64,000 nt of DNA from an uncultured Gammaproteobacteria bacterium (GCA_964582615.1 CAZORP010000006.1:3426-67425), one strand, 5' to 3'. Numbered from the stretch's first letter, positions 41,643 through 51,834 are shown. Made by a program: numbers and translations. Notes: generated from the letters alone by a model not told the origin.

Positions 41643-43002
41643 ATATTTTTCTTAATGTAGCAATTCTTTTCTGTATCGAAGATGAACTTTTATTAACTTC
41701 CTTCATGAAAGCCATAACTTCGTAATGAAATCCGTTATGGATTAGACGTTCGGATAATCGATCTAGCGATGATACGAAGTCGTCTTTTTCCTTATCGTGT
41801 AATCGCTCATGAATTGCCGAAAACTGATATGCTCTAGCTTCTTTAAGAAAATCATCATCAAGATACCAGGAAAAAAGTTTAACCCTTTGAGGATAGGTGA
41901 CCTTTTCCCAATTACAGGTTAAGGCACGATTCAGTAGGGGTAAACCGCGAGCTTTAATTTTCTCCCGCTGATCGCTGACGATTATCTTTGTCACCTCAGC
42001 GATAAAAAGGTTTGATTTGTCTGGATCTTTGTTTGATCCAGGCTGAAGCAAAATATCAAATAGTTTGTATGACCGGTATTCGATCATCTCATCGACAGTT
42101 CTGATAACCACCTTCTTTTGATTGATGGCTAAACCCAAAGCAAGCAGTTTTCTGGAAGCGCAGTAAATGACATGTTCAATTTGATCACGTTTTTTTACAA
42201 TGATTGCCTGGTCATCGGCGTATCGGAAATATTTTGCGCCAATTTCGTCGCAAATTTTCTTGATGTAAATATCGTATTCTTGGAGATAAAAGTTAGCCAA
42301 AATTCGCGAGCAGTCAGACATGGCATCTTGTGGCAACCCTACCGTTTGAGGATTGTAATGATTGATCGACTTGTTCCAGAAATTTAGGAAATGAAAAAGA
42401 AGTGAAAGTTCGTCACGATATTTTCCATCAAAAACTTCTCCTATTTTGCGTTTTAAAATGTCTAAATTAATAGAATCATAAAAATTGGCGATATCTAACT
42501 CAACCACGTATCCCTCGCTAGATTCCTTCAGTGAAACGTAAAGTTTCGCGTTGAAATCCTTGTATGCGATATACCACGCCGTTGGCGAAAACGACCACGA
42601 TGGCATTGATACTGTTGGATCGTAGAGATTTTCAATCTTTTTTTGTATTTCTGCTTCTTCTGCGTCTCTGTAGTTTAGACCACTGATGCTCCAGCCGCCG
42701 AAAGTATTTTCGGTTCTATTTCGAGCAAGTTTATGCTCGAGTCGAATAACGCAATAGTAATAAACGATGTAGTCCCTAATGGTAAAAACAGGAGAGATAC
42801 GAGCAACGCCAGATCCTTTATTGTGAGCAATGTAAAATTCTGGCTTTACTGGATGATATGTTTTGCTTTTAATTGCCGTATAAACCGACTTCAAAAGTTC
42901 CTCTTTTTCTTGGTAGGAAGAGGGGGTATTGAGAGGTAAATTCTGGAATGCTTTCCAGAATTTACGACCAAAAATCTTTTTGAATGATTTATAACTAATC
43001 AT
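41632..43002 (-). CDS. Reverse transcriptase (Abi/UG-like stand-alone RT) embedded between hsdS and hsdR
   Basis: RT motifs: motif 2 region YIAHNKGSGVARISPVFTIRDYIV, motif A LDIANFYDSINLDIL, motif B' GLPQDAMSDCSRILANFYL, motif C FRYADDQAII (YADD), motif D LAINQKKVVIR. About 150 aa of C-terminal extension with no known domain. It overlaps the hsdR start by 11 nt and abuts the hsdS stop. Confidence 0.8.
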   Translation of the reverse strand: MISYKSFKKIFGRKFWKAFQNLPLNTPSSYQEKEELLKSVYTAIKSKTYHPVKPEFYIAHNKGSGVARISPVFTIRDYIVYYYCVIRLEHKLARNRTENTFGGWSISGLNYRDAEEAEIQKKIENLYDPTVSMPSWSFSPTAWYIAYKDFNAKLYVSLKESSEGYVVELDIANFYDSINLDILKRKIGEVFDGKYRDELSLLFHFLNFWNKSINHYNPQTVGLPQDAMSDCSRILANFYLQEYDIYIKKICDEIGAKYFRYADDQAIIVKKRDQIEHVIYCASRKLLALGLAINQKKVVIRTVDEMIEYRSYKLFDILLQPGSNKDPDKSNLFIAEVTKIIVSDQREKIKARGLPLLNRALTCNWEKVTYPQRVKLFSWYLDDDFLKEARAYQFSAIHERLHDKEKDDFVSSLDRLSERLIHNGFHYEVMAFMKEVNKSSSSIQKRIATLRKIYAN

Positions 43003-43015
43003 GTATACGTCAGAC

Positions 43016-44233
43016 CTATCCAAGAACAGTCATCACATTTAGTGACTGACTATATTCCGTGAGGAGATTAATCGATTTATCAATGGAGCCGATCACTGAG
43101 TTAAACAATTTTGTTTTTTCGTTTAAGTAATCAACGATTCTTTTTTGTTCGTTAATTTGAGGTAGAATGATCTTTAGGTTTTCAATCACTCCCATGCCAA
43201 TATTTTGTTGTGTCCCGTAAGACCAAGATAACTTAACCTGATCTTGAAATAATTTTGTTTGTAGAAAGAAATAAAGATATTCAGGCAAAACAACGTCCCT
43301 ATTTGCTCTGATTAGGGCAAGCGGTGACCAGATACTAAATTCCTCGTCAGTTTCAACTAGACCAATTCTTCCGGTTGTTGCGCCAGATTTCACCATAAAA
43401 ATATCACCCCGTTGTGGCTTACATTTTTTGCAGAATTCCTCATGATCTTCACGGCTAATGAATCCACGCTTTTCAGCAAAATCGATCGTGTTGTTTCCTT
43501 GAATTGATTGGGCTGAAAGGAATGGGATACCAGAATCAAGTATTTCCGGTGTCGAGTGTGGTCCGTCAGTAATTTTTGTTTTAACAACTTGTTTCAATGA
43601 ACGAATAAAGAAATCTTTTGGGATTTTTTCGATCCATGCAGTATTACTATTGATAAGTTCGACATCATTATTTAAGCCTCGCGTGATTGCTTGATGAATT
43701 ATGAATGCCCTTTGCTCATTTAGTTTTTGAATGAGCCTTTTTTTGTCTTCTATCAATCGTGTGATGATAGTCGAATTTGAATCAAGTTTTTGTACTACTT
43801 TTTCTTGATCGGCTAATGCCGGTAGTTCAATTTTCTGATTACCAATAAAAGTCCAATTTGCGCGAGGCATTTTAGAACCGTAGGTTGAGTTGTTGACCGC
43901 CTTAATGAAGTCATCAGCTCTCAGTCTGTACGCAAGAAATGCTGGATTAACCTTTTCTTTTTTTGAATTGAGGACCAGAAGTTCGCCCGTACAAACCCCC
44001 TCACTTTTAGCCAATACAACCTTCGCGAGATACGGACGAAGCTTTCCGAATAGAACATCGTCTTTTTGGTAATAACTAGTAACACCATCGGAAACGATTG
44101 GGGTTTCCGATTCAATGATCTTGCCCGTGCCGCTTTCAATATTTTCCAGCCCAAGATACGGCAATCCGTCTTCGGACTGACCTCGAGCTCCACGGAGCGG
44201 GGCAATGTATTTGATCTTGATAGATTCGCTCAT
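43016..44233 (-). CDS. hsdS: Type I restriction-modification S (specificity) subunit
   Basis: Two target-recognition domains separated and followed by conserved coiled-coil repeats (LPALADQEKVVQKLD...; LPQINEQKRIVDYLNE...). AT-rich. Start ATG is 1 nt after the hsdM stop. Confidence 0.9.
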   Translation of the reverse strand: MSESIKIKYIAPLRGARGQSEDGLPYLGLENIESGTGKIIESETPIVSDGVTSYYQKDDVLFGKLRPYLAKVVLAKSEGVCTGELLVLNSKKEKVNPAFLAYRLRADDFIKAVNNSTYGSKMPRANWTFIGNQKIELPALADQEKVVQKLDSNSTIITRLIEDKKRLIQKLNEQRAFIIHQAITRGLNNDVELINSNTAWIEKIPKDFFIRSLKQVVKTKITDGPHSTPEILDSGIPFLSAQSIQGNNTIDFAEKRGFISREDHEEFCKKCKPQRGDIFMVKSGATTGRIGLVETDEEFSIWSPLALIRANRDVVLPEYLYFFLQTKLFQDQVKLSWSYGTQQNIGMGVIENLKIILPQINEQKRIVDYLNEKTKLFNSVIGSIDKSINLLTEYSQSLNVMTVLG

Positions 44234-44234
44234 A

Positions 44235-46247
44235 TTACAAACTTCCCATGAGCGTTGAAATTTCTCGCTCAAGCGTTTCTATTTCTTGTTTGATAGTCTC
44301 AATTGGACGTGGCGCTTCGTACTTATAGAAGAAACGCGTCACTGGGATTTCATAACCAACTCGACCTAGCTTTCCATCCTTGTGATCCGTGTAGGATTCA
44401 TCAATCCACGCATCTGCAACATACGGCCTCACTTCACGATCAAAGTACACTCGAACATCTTCGTTCAGTGGCACGTTTTCGCTATCTCGTAGGGTGCTAT
44501 CGGGTTCGATGTTCCCATCGGCAAGAGTGCAGACATCGGCATTTTCATCGCGTTCACCGAGCATTGATAAGATGAATTTCAGAACGGGTTTCTTAAGTTC
44601 AACACCTTGTTCGTCGCATCGCTTCTTGATCGCCTCGACAAACTTTTCTTGGTTCAAATACACCTCGTCACCGAAATTCTCGATAAGTTGGAGAAGCTTT
44701 TGTTTTTCCGGATCGGGCAAGCGATCCTTGGTCATGAAGATTTTCCAGAACACCTCATGCCCCTTGAGGCGTTGGATGCGCTCGGCTGAGGCCTGGAAGT
44801 TCATGCGCAATGGACGTTCAACGACGATTTGTCGATATCCGAAATCGCTATTCTTGAAGATCTTGGAGTATTCATTTTCGGTAAAATCCTTGTAGAGCTC
44901 AAGAACTTTCGATCGATGCGCTTCGGTGATTTCGTTGCGCTTGTTGCCTAAGCTCTTTCGCATCTTCTCAAGGAAGCCACGGGCATCAATGATTTGAACG
45001 AGACCCTTGCGCTTCTCTTCTTTTCGATTCGTCACGAACCAGAGGTATGTAGGAATGCCTGTGTTGAAGAAGAGTTGATCCGGAAGCGCGACAACCGCTT
45101 CGAGCCAGTCGTGCTCCAAAATCCAGCGACGGATTTCGCTTTCACCTTGACCAGCATCACCCGTGAAGAGCGGCGAACCGTTGAAGACAATGCCGATGCG
45201 CGAGCCTCCTTCACTTTCTGGTCGCATCTTTGAAATAAGGTGCTGGAGGAAGAGGAACTGACCGTCGGATGAGCGTGGAAGCCCCGCGCCAAAACGTCCG
45301 GCGTATCCTCGCTCAGCTTCGCGTTCGACGGCGTCCATGTCTTTCTTCCAGTCCACGCCGAATGGTGGGTTGGTCAGCATGTAGTCAAATTGCGTGCCGA
45401 AGAACTGATCGTTCGAAAGTGTGCTTGCGAGCGAGTGATCCTTTTCGCCACCCTTGATGTTGTCCGGATTTTCACCCTTGATCAGCATGTCGGATTTACA
45501 CATGGCGTAGGTGACCGGATTCAGTTCCTGACCATAAAGATACACGCCAGCATCCTTGTTCACGTCGTTACGGATGTACTCCTTGGCGATAGAAAGCATT
45601 CCACCTGTTCCGCATGCGCAGTCGTAGACGGTCTTGATGATGTGTTCCTTTTTCAGCTTCTCGCGGTCCGGGGCGAAGAGAATTTCGACCATGAGCTTAA
45701 TCACGTCGCGTGGAGTGTAGTGTTCTCCAGCCGTCTCATTGGATTGTTCGGAGAACTTGCGGATGAGTTCTTCAAAGATTGATCCCATCTCGTGATTGTC
45801 GACAACATCGGGATGCAAGTCGACCTTGTTCAATTCCTTGATGATGAGATAGAGCAGGTTGCCGCCCTCGAGCCTCGACAACTGGCGATCGAATTCGAAC
45901 TTTTCAACGATGTCCTCGATATTCGCGCTGAAGCCGCGAAGATAGTGTTTGAAGTTGGCGGCAATGTGGTCTGGATCTTCGAGAAGCTTTTCAAAGTCGT
46001 ATTCGGATACGTTGTAAAAGCCGACTTTCGAAGCGGCTTTTAAGACGGGGTCGATATCAATCTTCGCTTTCAGCTCATTGTATTGTTGGAGTACCTTTGA
46101 CTTTGTGGGTGCGAGAAGAGAATCAAGGCGTTTTACTACGACGAGAGGCAAAATGACATCCTGATATTCGTGTTGCTTCCAACTTCCACGAAGTATCTCG
46201 GCGATGTTCCAGATGAGCTGTGCCTTCTCTCGAAAATTGTTGGTCAT
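44235..46247 (-). CDS. hsdM: Type I restriction-modification M (N6-adenine methyltransferase) subunit
   Basis: DCACGTGGML (motif I, AdoMet binding) and NPPFGVDWKKD (motif IV). HsdM N-terminal domain present. Confidence 0.95.
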   Translation of the reverse strand: MTNNFREKAQLIWNIAEILRGSWKQHEYQDVILPLVVVKRLDSLLAPTKSKVLQQYNELKAKIDIDPVLKAASKVGFYNVSEYDFEKLLEDPDHIAANFKHYLRGFSANIEDIVEKFEFDRQLSRLEGGNLLYLIIKELNKVDLHPDVVDNHEMGSIFEELIRKFSEQSNETAGEHYTPRDVIKLMVEILFAPDREKLKKEHIIKTVYDCACGTGGMLSIAKEYIRNDVNKDAGVYLYGQELNPVTYAMCKSDMLIKGENPDNIKGGEKDHSLASTLSNDQFFGTQFDYMLTNPPFGVDWKKDMDAVEREAERGYAGRFGAGLPRSSDGQFLFLQHLISKMRPESEGGSRIGIVFNGSPLFTGDAGQGESEIRRWILEHDWLEAVVALPDQLFFNTGIPTYLWFVTNRKEEKRKGLVQIIDARGFLEKMRKSLGNKRNEITEAHRSKVLELYKDFTENEYSKIFKNSDFGYRQIVVERPLRMNFQASAERIQRLKGHEVFWKIFMTKDRLPDPEKQKLLQLIENFGDEVYLNQEKFVEAIKKRCDEQGVELKKPVLKFILSMLGERDENADVCTLADGNIEPDSTLRDSENVPLNEDVRVYFDREVRPYVADAWIDESYTDHKDGKLGRVGYEIPVTRFFYKYEAPRPIETIKQEIETLEREISTLMGSL

Positions 46248-46248
46248 A

Positions 46249-47154
46249 TTAGGCGAAGAGTTTTTGGTATCCCTTAAGGGTGAAGACGCGATTACGTTCG
46301 CCGCCGTCCACGATCTCGAGTAAGTGCAAGTCCTCGACGAGACGAGTCATGAGTTTATTAAGCGTGTGATAGGTGATCTTAAACTTTTTTCCATAAGCCG
46401 CCTCAATCTCTCGCACCGTGAATGCCTCGCGCTCCATGAAATACGGAAGGAGCTCAAGTGCTACTTTTTTGGGACGCGTCTCAAGGGAGGCGACGCTGTC
46501 CTTATATCGTGCCTCGATGATGCGGACGGCGTGATAGATGCTCTGCGTACGTTCTTCTGCGCGAAGAATGCTTTGCAAAAATTCATCAGGAGTTGTGTTC
46601 TGATCCTCAGTCATGAATTTCGCAAACGGAAGCATTGGACTTGGAGTCAGGCCAAAATGGACAAACAAAGCGTGAAGCAGTGCGTTCGCCATCACATGGT
46701 TACCTGCACGAAATGGAGCCAGTTTCAAAAAGGCAGTATGGATAAGATGAATCCTTGTGAAGACATCAATTCTCACCCGTCCCACGATTTCATTTATCGT
46801 TTCGTTAAATTCTCCTCCCACTTCATCCGTACGGAATTCACCAGGAAAATATCGGTAGCCGTCGGGATGATCAAAAATCTGTCGATGTAGTTTTTCAAGG
46901 AAAGGCGACCCCATTTCAATCTGCGGGCGCAGGGCAATAAGGGCTGACGCGTATCGCTTTGCACACTCGATATCACCATGAGCACTGGCCTTATTCTCCA
47001 AACGGGCTTCCGTCTGGAATGCCGCTTCGGCCTCATGGGTGAGTAGGAGCCTTGTTGGAGCCGACAACTCCCCCAAAGCCTCTCTCCAGGCACTCAAAAT
47101 ACCTGCAAAAAATGCGGCTTTTCCGATTGCTTCCATGTCTATCGTATTTTCCAC
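46249..47154 (-). CDS. Fic/DOC-like protein with a divergent active-site motif and a C-terminal winged helix; first gene of the hsd operon
   Basis: APFRAGNHVMANALL occupies the place of the Fic motif HPFx(D/E)GNGRxxR (F, G and N kept; the catalytic His is replaced). C-terminal ...LMTRLVEDLHLLEIVDGGERNRVFTLK wHTH. Its stop is 2 nt from the hsdM start. Confidence 0.65.
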   Translation of the reverse strand: MENTIDMEAIGKAAFFAGILSAWREALGELSAPTRLLLTHEAEAAFQTEARLENKASAHGDIECAKRYASALIALRPQIEMGSPFLEKLHRQIFDHPDGYRYFPGEFRTDEVGGEFNETINEIVGRVRIDVFTRIHLIHTAFLKLAPFRAGNHVMANALLHALFVHFGLTPSPMLPFAKFMTEDQNTTPDEFLQSILRAEERTQSIYHAVRIIEARYKDSVASLETRPKKVALELLPYFMEREAFTVREIEAAYGKKFKITYHTLNKLMTRLVEDLHLLEIVDGGERNRVFTLKGYQKLFA

Positions 47155-47484
47155 AATGTAATAAAATCTTCACTTATTTACATTGAGAAGTCTATCACAT
47201 CCTGCATACCAGTCAAGTAATCCGCTATAAAATTACCAAATTTACCCAAGATTCCTTCAATTTCGCAGAAGCCCCATGGGGGTAAGGAAGGGCTGTGAAT
47301 AGCCAATCAAATCGCTTTACGTGAATTGGTTTGTAAGCTATTATTTAGGAGCTTCACTACTCAGCCTAATAAAGGCCGAATTTCGGCTTAACCGGATCGC
47401 GCGCGATAAGCGGTGTCCGGTTAAAACAGTTCTAGCACGATCCGTGCTTGGGCTGGGTAGTGAAGCACCACCGGGCATCGCTTT

Positions 47485-48648
47485 TTGAATTATCGAGCGA
47501 TTCCGGGATGCTTTATGGAATCGACTCTTCTAGAAAAATTACTATCCGTCCCCTCCAGAATTTTCGAACTTGAGAAGCGCGTTTCTTCTTTCAATGTGTT
47601 CGAGGCAACTGGCGCGGTGCGCCGTGAACTTCGGCACTCAGACTTCATCGGTTTCCTTTTTGACCCATCCGAAACGCATGGACTCGATGAGACCCTTTTT
47701 CAAATATTTTGCGAGAGCTTCGGCATAACCATTTCTCAAACTCCAATCATCACCGTATCCCGCGAGTGGGAGCACATCGATATCATGGTTCGCGACCGTG
47801 CGAATAAGGTTATCCTCGTCATCGAAAACAAGATCGACACATCGGAGCATTCAGACCAACTCCAGCGATACCGCAAGATTGTTGACGCCGCGTATCCAGA
47901 TTACGCGCGTCATTATTTTTATCTCACAAAAACAGGAGAGGAGCCGTCAGACAGCCATTGGGCAATTCTGAGTTATGCGGACGTTCGCTCGTTCATGGAG
48001 CGTCTTACTGACGAGTCCGTGAATGGTGACGTCACGACCGTTCTTACCCATTATGCAAACATGATTGAACGCCATTTTATGCCGGATAACGAAATAGCCC
48101 AGCTCTGCCGAAAGATTTACAATGACCACAAAAGAGCGATCGATCTAATCATTGAACATAGACCGGAGGGCGGAGAAGATGTTTTCGATAAGCTCCGTGA
48201 GTTGATCAACCAGTGTCCCGATTTCGAGCTCGACCACTCCGACGTGCACCGCATTCGCTTCGCCGTTCCGGCATGGGACAGTCTTCCCGACATGAAGACT
48301 TCCAACTGGACGCCGAGCAAGCGATTCGTCCTTTTCGAGGCGAAGAACAATGTCGACGGAACCGAACGTGTTCAGCTCAAGTTGTTTCTTGGTCCGACGC
48401 CAAGTAAGATGAGAGAGGAGCTATTCCAGCACGTCCAAGGCGCAAAAGATGCCTTCCGTCAGAGTCGTCGCGAGCTGGGTGAAAAGTGGGCGCAAATTTA
48501 CAACATGGAACTTCTTGGCGCGGACGATGTCCAGCATGACGATAAGCTGAAGATGCTCGAAAACAACTGGAATCACTTTTTACGACAGGATTTTCCGCTC
48601 ATCAATCAGAGCATCCGTGCATTCATCGAGTTACAAGATTCCAAATAA
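47485..48648 (+). CDS. PD-(D/E)XK nuclease-superfamily protein (PDDEXK_4-like)
   Basis: N-terminal FNVFEATGAVRRELRHSDFIGFLFDP...HGLDE, then HIDIMVRD...VIENKID...QLQRY (D, ExK, QxxxY). The start may be M11 (MESTLL). Confidence 0.6.
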   Translation: MNYRAIPGCFMESTLLEKLLSVPSRIFELEKRVSSFNVFEATGAVRRELRHSDFIGFLFDPSETHGLDETLFQIFCESFGITISQTPIITVSREWEHIDIMVRDRANKVILVIENKIDTSEHSDQLQRYRKIVDAAYPDYARHYFYLTKTGEEPSDSHWAILSYADVRSFMERLTDESVNGDVTTVLTHYANMIERHFMPDNEIAQLCRKIYNDHKRAIDLIIEHRPEGGEDVFDKLRELINQCPDFELDHSDVHRIRFAVPAWDSLPDMKTSNWTPSKRFVLFEAKNNVDGTERVQLKLFLGPTPSKMREELFQHVQGAKDAFRQSRRELGEKWAQIYNMELLGADDVQHDDKLKMLENNWNHFLRQDFPLINQSIRAFIELQDSK

Positions 48649-48654
48649 CAGTCT

Positions 48655-50121
48655 ATGCTGACCAAGTCCAACTTCATGCAATTCCTCCGCTGTTCTTGCG
48701 AGCTTTGGCTCGTGAAGCAGCGGCCGGATTTGGTTCCGCCGACCGACCCCGCGCTCCAGCGCATCTTCGACGAGGGAAACGTGGTGGACGCGTGGGCGCA
48801 GAAGCTGTTCCCGGGCGGCGTGAACGTCGACGGGTTCGGCAAGCCAGCCGCTGAGAACACGAAGAAGGCGATCGCCAATGGTGTGACCGTCCTGCTCCAG
48901 CCGACCTTCATGACTTCGCAGCTGTCCTGTCGTTGTGACATCCTCACGAAGAACACCGACGGATCGTGGGACATCTACGAGGTGAAAAGTTCGACGGACG
49001 TGAAGGAAGAACATATTACTGACGTCGCCTTCCAGCGCATCTGCATCGAGGAGGCGGGCGTTCGCATCTCGCGCACGTTCCTCGTCCACGTTAACAACCA
49101 GTACGTTCGCAACGGTGAGATTGATCCCGAACAATTGTTCACGAAGGTCGACATCACGCACCAAGTTGAGAACGTGATGCCGATGGCGAAGAAGGAGATT
49201 CCTCGCGCCCTTGCCGTTCTCGACTGGGACAAGGTGCCGCGGCTCCTGCACGTCATGTCCTGCAACGACCCAGCCGAATGTGAATTCATCGCGTGCTATT
49301 TCAATACCCTTGATGGCGCCGAGAAGTATTCCATCGCCGCATCGCTCCCGAAGGATAAGCTTGTCGGGTTCTTGGAACGCGGACTCATCACGCCCGAGCA
49401 GGTTCCAACCGATGTCATAGCCGAACTTGGCGAGGTGAAGCTTCCTGACGTGAAGAGCGAGCCGACGCTGCATGTCGATAAGGAAGCGATCAAATCCGAA
49501 CTCGGCGGTCTCCAGTATCCGCTCTACTTTTTGGACTACGAAACGTATTTTCCGGCAGTGCCGCTCTTTGACGGCTACCGCCCGTACCAGCACGCGGTGT
49601 TCCAATACTCCGTCCACGTCGTGCGCGAGCCGGGCGCAGAGCCAGAGCATTTCGAATTCCTCGCGGGCGAATTGAAAGACCCCGCGCCGATGGTCGCGGA
49701 GTCCCTCAAGAAACATATCGGTGATACGGGAAGCGTGATTGTATGGAACGCCCGCTTCGAAGCCTCGCGCAATGCGGAAATTGGCGAGCACCTGCCGGAG
49801 TTTGCGAACTTCATGACGGACATCAACGACCGCATGTACGACTTGATGATGATCGTGAAGAAGGGTTACTACGTCGACTCCCGTTTTGGTGGCAGCGCGT
49901 CCATCAAAAAAGTTTTGCCAGTTGTTTGCCCCGAGCTTTCGTACAACGACCTCGCCATCCACGAGGGCGGCACGGCATCCGCAAGCTGGGCGACGCTCAC
50001 GAACGCCGCGATTCCCGCCGAGGAACGCGAGCAACTACGCCAGAACATGTTGGAGTATTGCTCGTTGGACACCTTCGCGATGTTTGCCATCTTCAAGAAG
50101 CTACAGATTGCGTTGTCGTAG
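48655..50121 (+). CDS. DUF2779-type protein: Cas4/RecB-like PD-(D/E)XK nuclease fused to a DEDD (DnaQ-like) exonuclease
   Basis: N-terminal SNFMQFLRCSCELWL and DIYEVKSSTD (ExK). C-terminal YFLDYETYFPAVP (Exo I D-x-E), VIVWNARFEA (Exo II) and YDLMMIVKK (Exo III). It starts 7 nt after the upstream nuclease gene. Confidence 0.7.
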   Translation: MLTKSNFMQFLRCSCELWLVKQRPDLVPPTDPALQRIFDEGNVVDAWAQKLFPGGVNVDGFGKPAAENTKKAIANGVTVLLQPTFMTSQLSCRCDILTKNTDGSWDIYEVKSSTDVKEEHITDVAFQRICIEEAGVRISRTFLVHVNNQYVRNGEIDPEQLFTKVDITHQVENVMPMAKKEIPRALAVLDWDKVPRLLHVMSCNDPAECEFIACYFNTLDGAEKYSIAASLPKDKLVGFLERGLITPEQVPTDVIAELGEVKLPDVKSEPTLHVDKEAIKSELGGLQYPLYFLDYETYFPAVPLFDGYRPYQHAVFQYSVHVVREPGAEPEHFEFLAGELKDPAPMVAESLKKHIGDTGSVIVWNARFEASRNAEIGEHLPEFANFMTDINDRMYDLMMIVKKGYYVDSRFGGSASIKKVLPVVCPELSYNDLAIHEGGTASASWATLTNAAIPAEEREQLRQNMLEYCSLDTFAMFAIFKKLQIALS

Positions 50122-51834
50122 ACTTCGACGTTGTCGCCTTGCGTTCTGCTGATCGTTCAATACTTCGCAACCGTGCCCGCTCATGGTATTCGGCACGGGT
50201 TAATTGTTTTACGGGTGGCGTGGGTACAGCTCGCCACCGACCAGGGCCATCCCACTGCACGCCGGCGTGTACGAATCGTTCGTTCATCACTCGTTGAAGC
50301 TCCGGGAACTTTTTCATCGCATCCATTTCAAATTCAACGTTCTTCCAAATTTGTTGGAGCTCGATTTTCTCGATGTGGTACAAATCTCCGACCGCCATCC
50401 CTATCTCAATCTTCGCCCGGTTCTTCCCATGCACGGATAGCACAAGCGTGGTCAGCGCATCGACGAGGTCATCGTGCCTCGTGCTTCCAAAGTTGACGAT
50501 TTGATCTATCAGCTCCTTTGGGCAGTTCTCCGGGAAAAGTATCTTGCCCGTCTTGATGAGCCCACTGATACCGTAGAGTCTGTCGCGCTTGTCCATGCGG
50601 CCTGGGAGATACTCCGTCACGCGGCGCACGCCGCGTACCTTGAGATGTTGTCCGAAGACGCCTTGGTACCCTACGCTTTCGTAAAACACTTCGACGTTTC
50701 CTATTCCGCCAAGCTTCTTGATCATCTCCATGCACACGCTCGCCGAGGGATCGAATTCCAGTTGTTTATTTACAATGCCTGGGAGAATATAAATCTTTTG
50801 GTCTTCGCCCCTGCCTTCGACGATTGCCGGAATCATCGACGTACTGTCTCCGCCCGGACTCATTGACCGTGCGAGGTCGACCCCTATCGCCCTCATCGTC
50901 ACGCCGGAGAATTGGTGGTCAGGTTCGTAGTAGAAGATATCGGATTTCGTGATGATCTGCTCGTCGGGCGGAATGATCTCGAGCTGGTATTCCTGCCGCC
51001 AGGTCTTGGTAGACGGGAATGACCGCTTGAACGCGGCGATGCTCGCCTTGTCGGGGAACTTCCCAGGCCAGGCACAGACGCCCTTCTTGCCAATGAGCGG
51101 GCATTTGATCACCTGCGCGTCGAACGTTCCCGCCTTCACTTTGGCGATAATGCGGTTCGGCAGGCTGTCCTCGTGGAGGTTGTTCGCGATCATGATGACG
51201 CGCGTGCCGATGTCGCCAACGCCGAGCAAGTCGCTATTAAACCAATCCTCCAGCTTGTCGCGCGATTCCTGCATGCGCACCGAAGCAACATCCTCGATGT
51301 CGTCGAGGATGAGCACGTCGGGACGGTAATGCTTGAAGCGCACGCCGCGCATCGACTGCTCGACGGAAATTCCCGCGATCTGCGCGTCGTATTTCTGGAA
51401 CGTCAGGGCGGTGGAGTTCCACGGGGTCGTTTCCTCGGATACCGCACCGAAGTCATTTTGGAGCATCGTGTTCGTCTCAAACTCCCGCTTGATCGCGTCA
51501 ATGAACTTCTTCGTCTGCTCGATGGTCTTTCCGACGATCAGGACGAAGTGTTTCTGTTGCTCGCCAAGAATCGACCAGATGGGGTACGACATCGTGCAGA
51601 TCGTGCTCTTCGCGCTCCCGCGGAACGTCATCGCGACCGCAAACCTGATCTTGTCGTTTTGCGTCAGATCGAAGAGCCTGTGGTGGATGTCTGCGGATGG
51701 ATACTTGATGTAGTCGCCGAAGTACGTTCCGAAGAAGGCCTTGTGCGACTTTCTCGCGAGTTCAATTCTCGCGGTCTTGTTGTTCATCACCAGATCCAGC
51801 ATCTGCTGGTCTAGGGGATTCTTGCTTGTCATAT
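50093..51834 (-). CDS. terL: Phage terminase large subunit
   Basis: ATPase Walker A-like FRGSAKST and Walker B VLILDDIED, plus a C-terminal RNase-H-like nuclease domain. The ORF's Arg-rich N-terminal 77 aa are probably not translated (start at MTSKNPL). GC-rich. Confidence 0.8.

Noticed and set aside
48631-50034. 467-aa minus-strand ORF overlapping the whole DUF2779 gene
   Set aside because: It is Arg/Ala/Val-rich and low-complexity with no motifs, and lies antisense to a strongly supported gene in a high-GC stretch where stop codons are rare by chance. It is a spurious shadow ORF.
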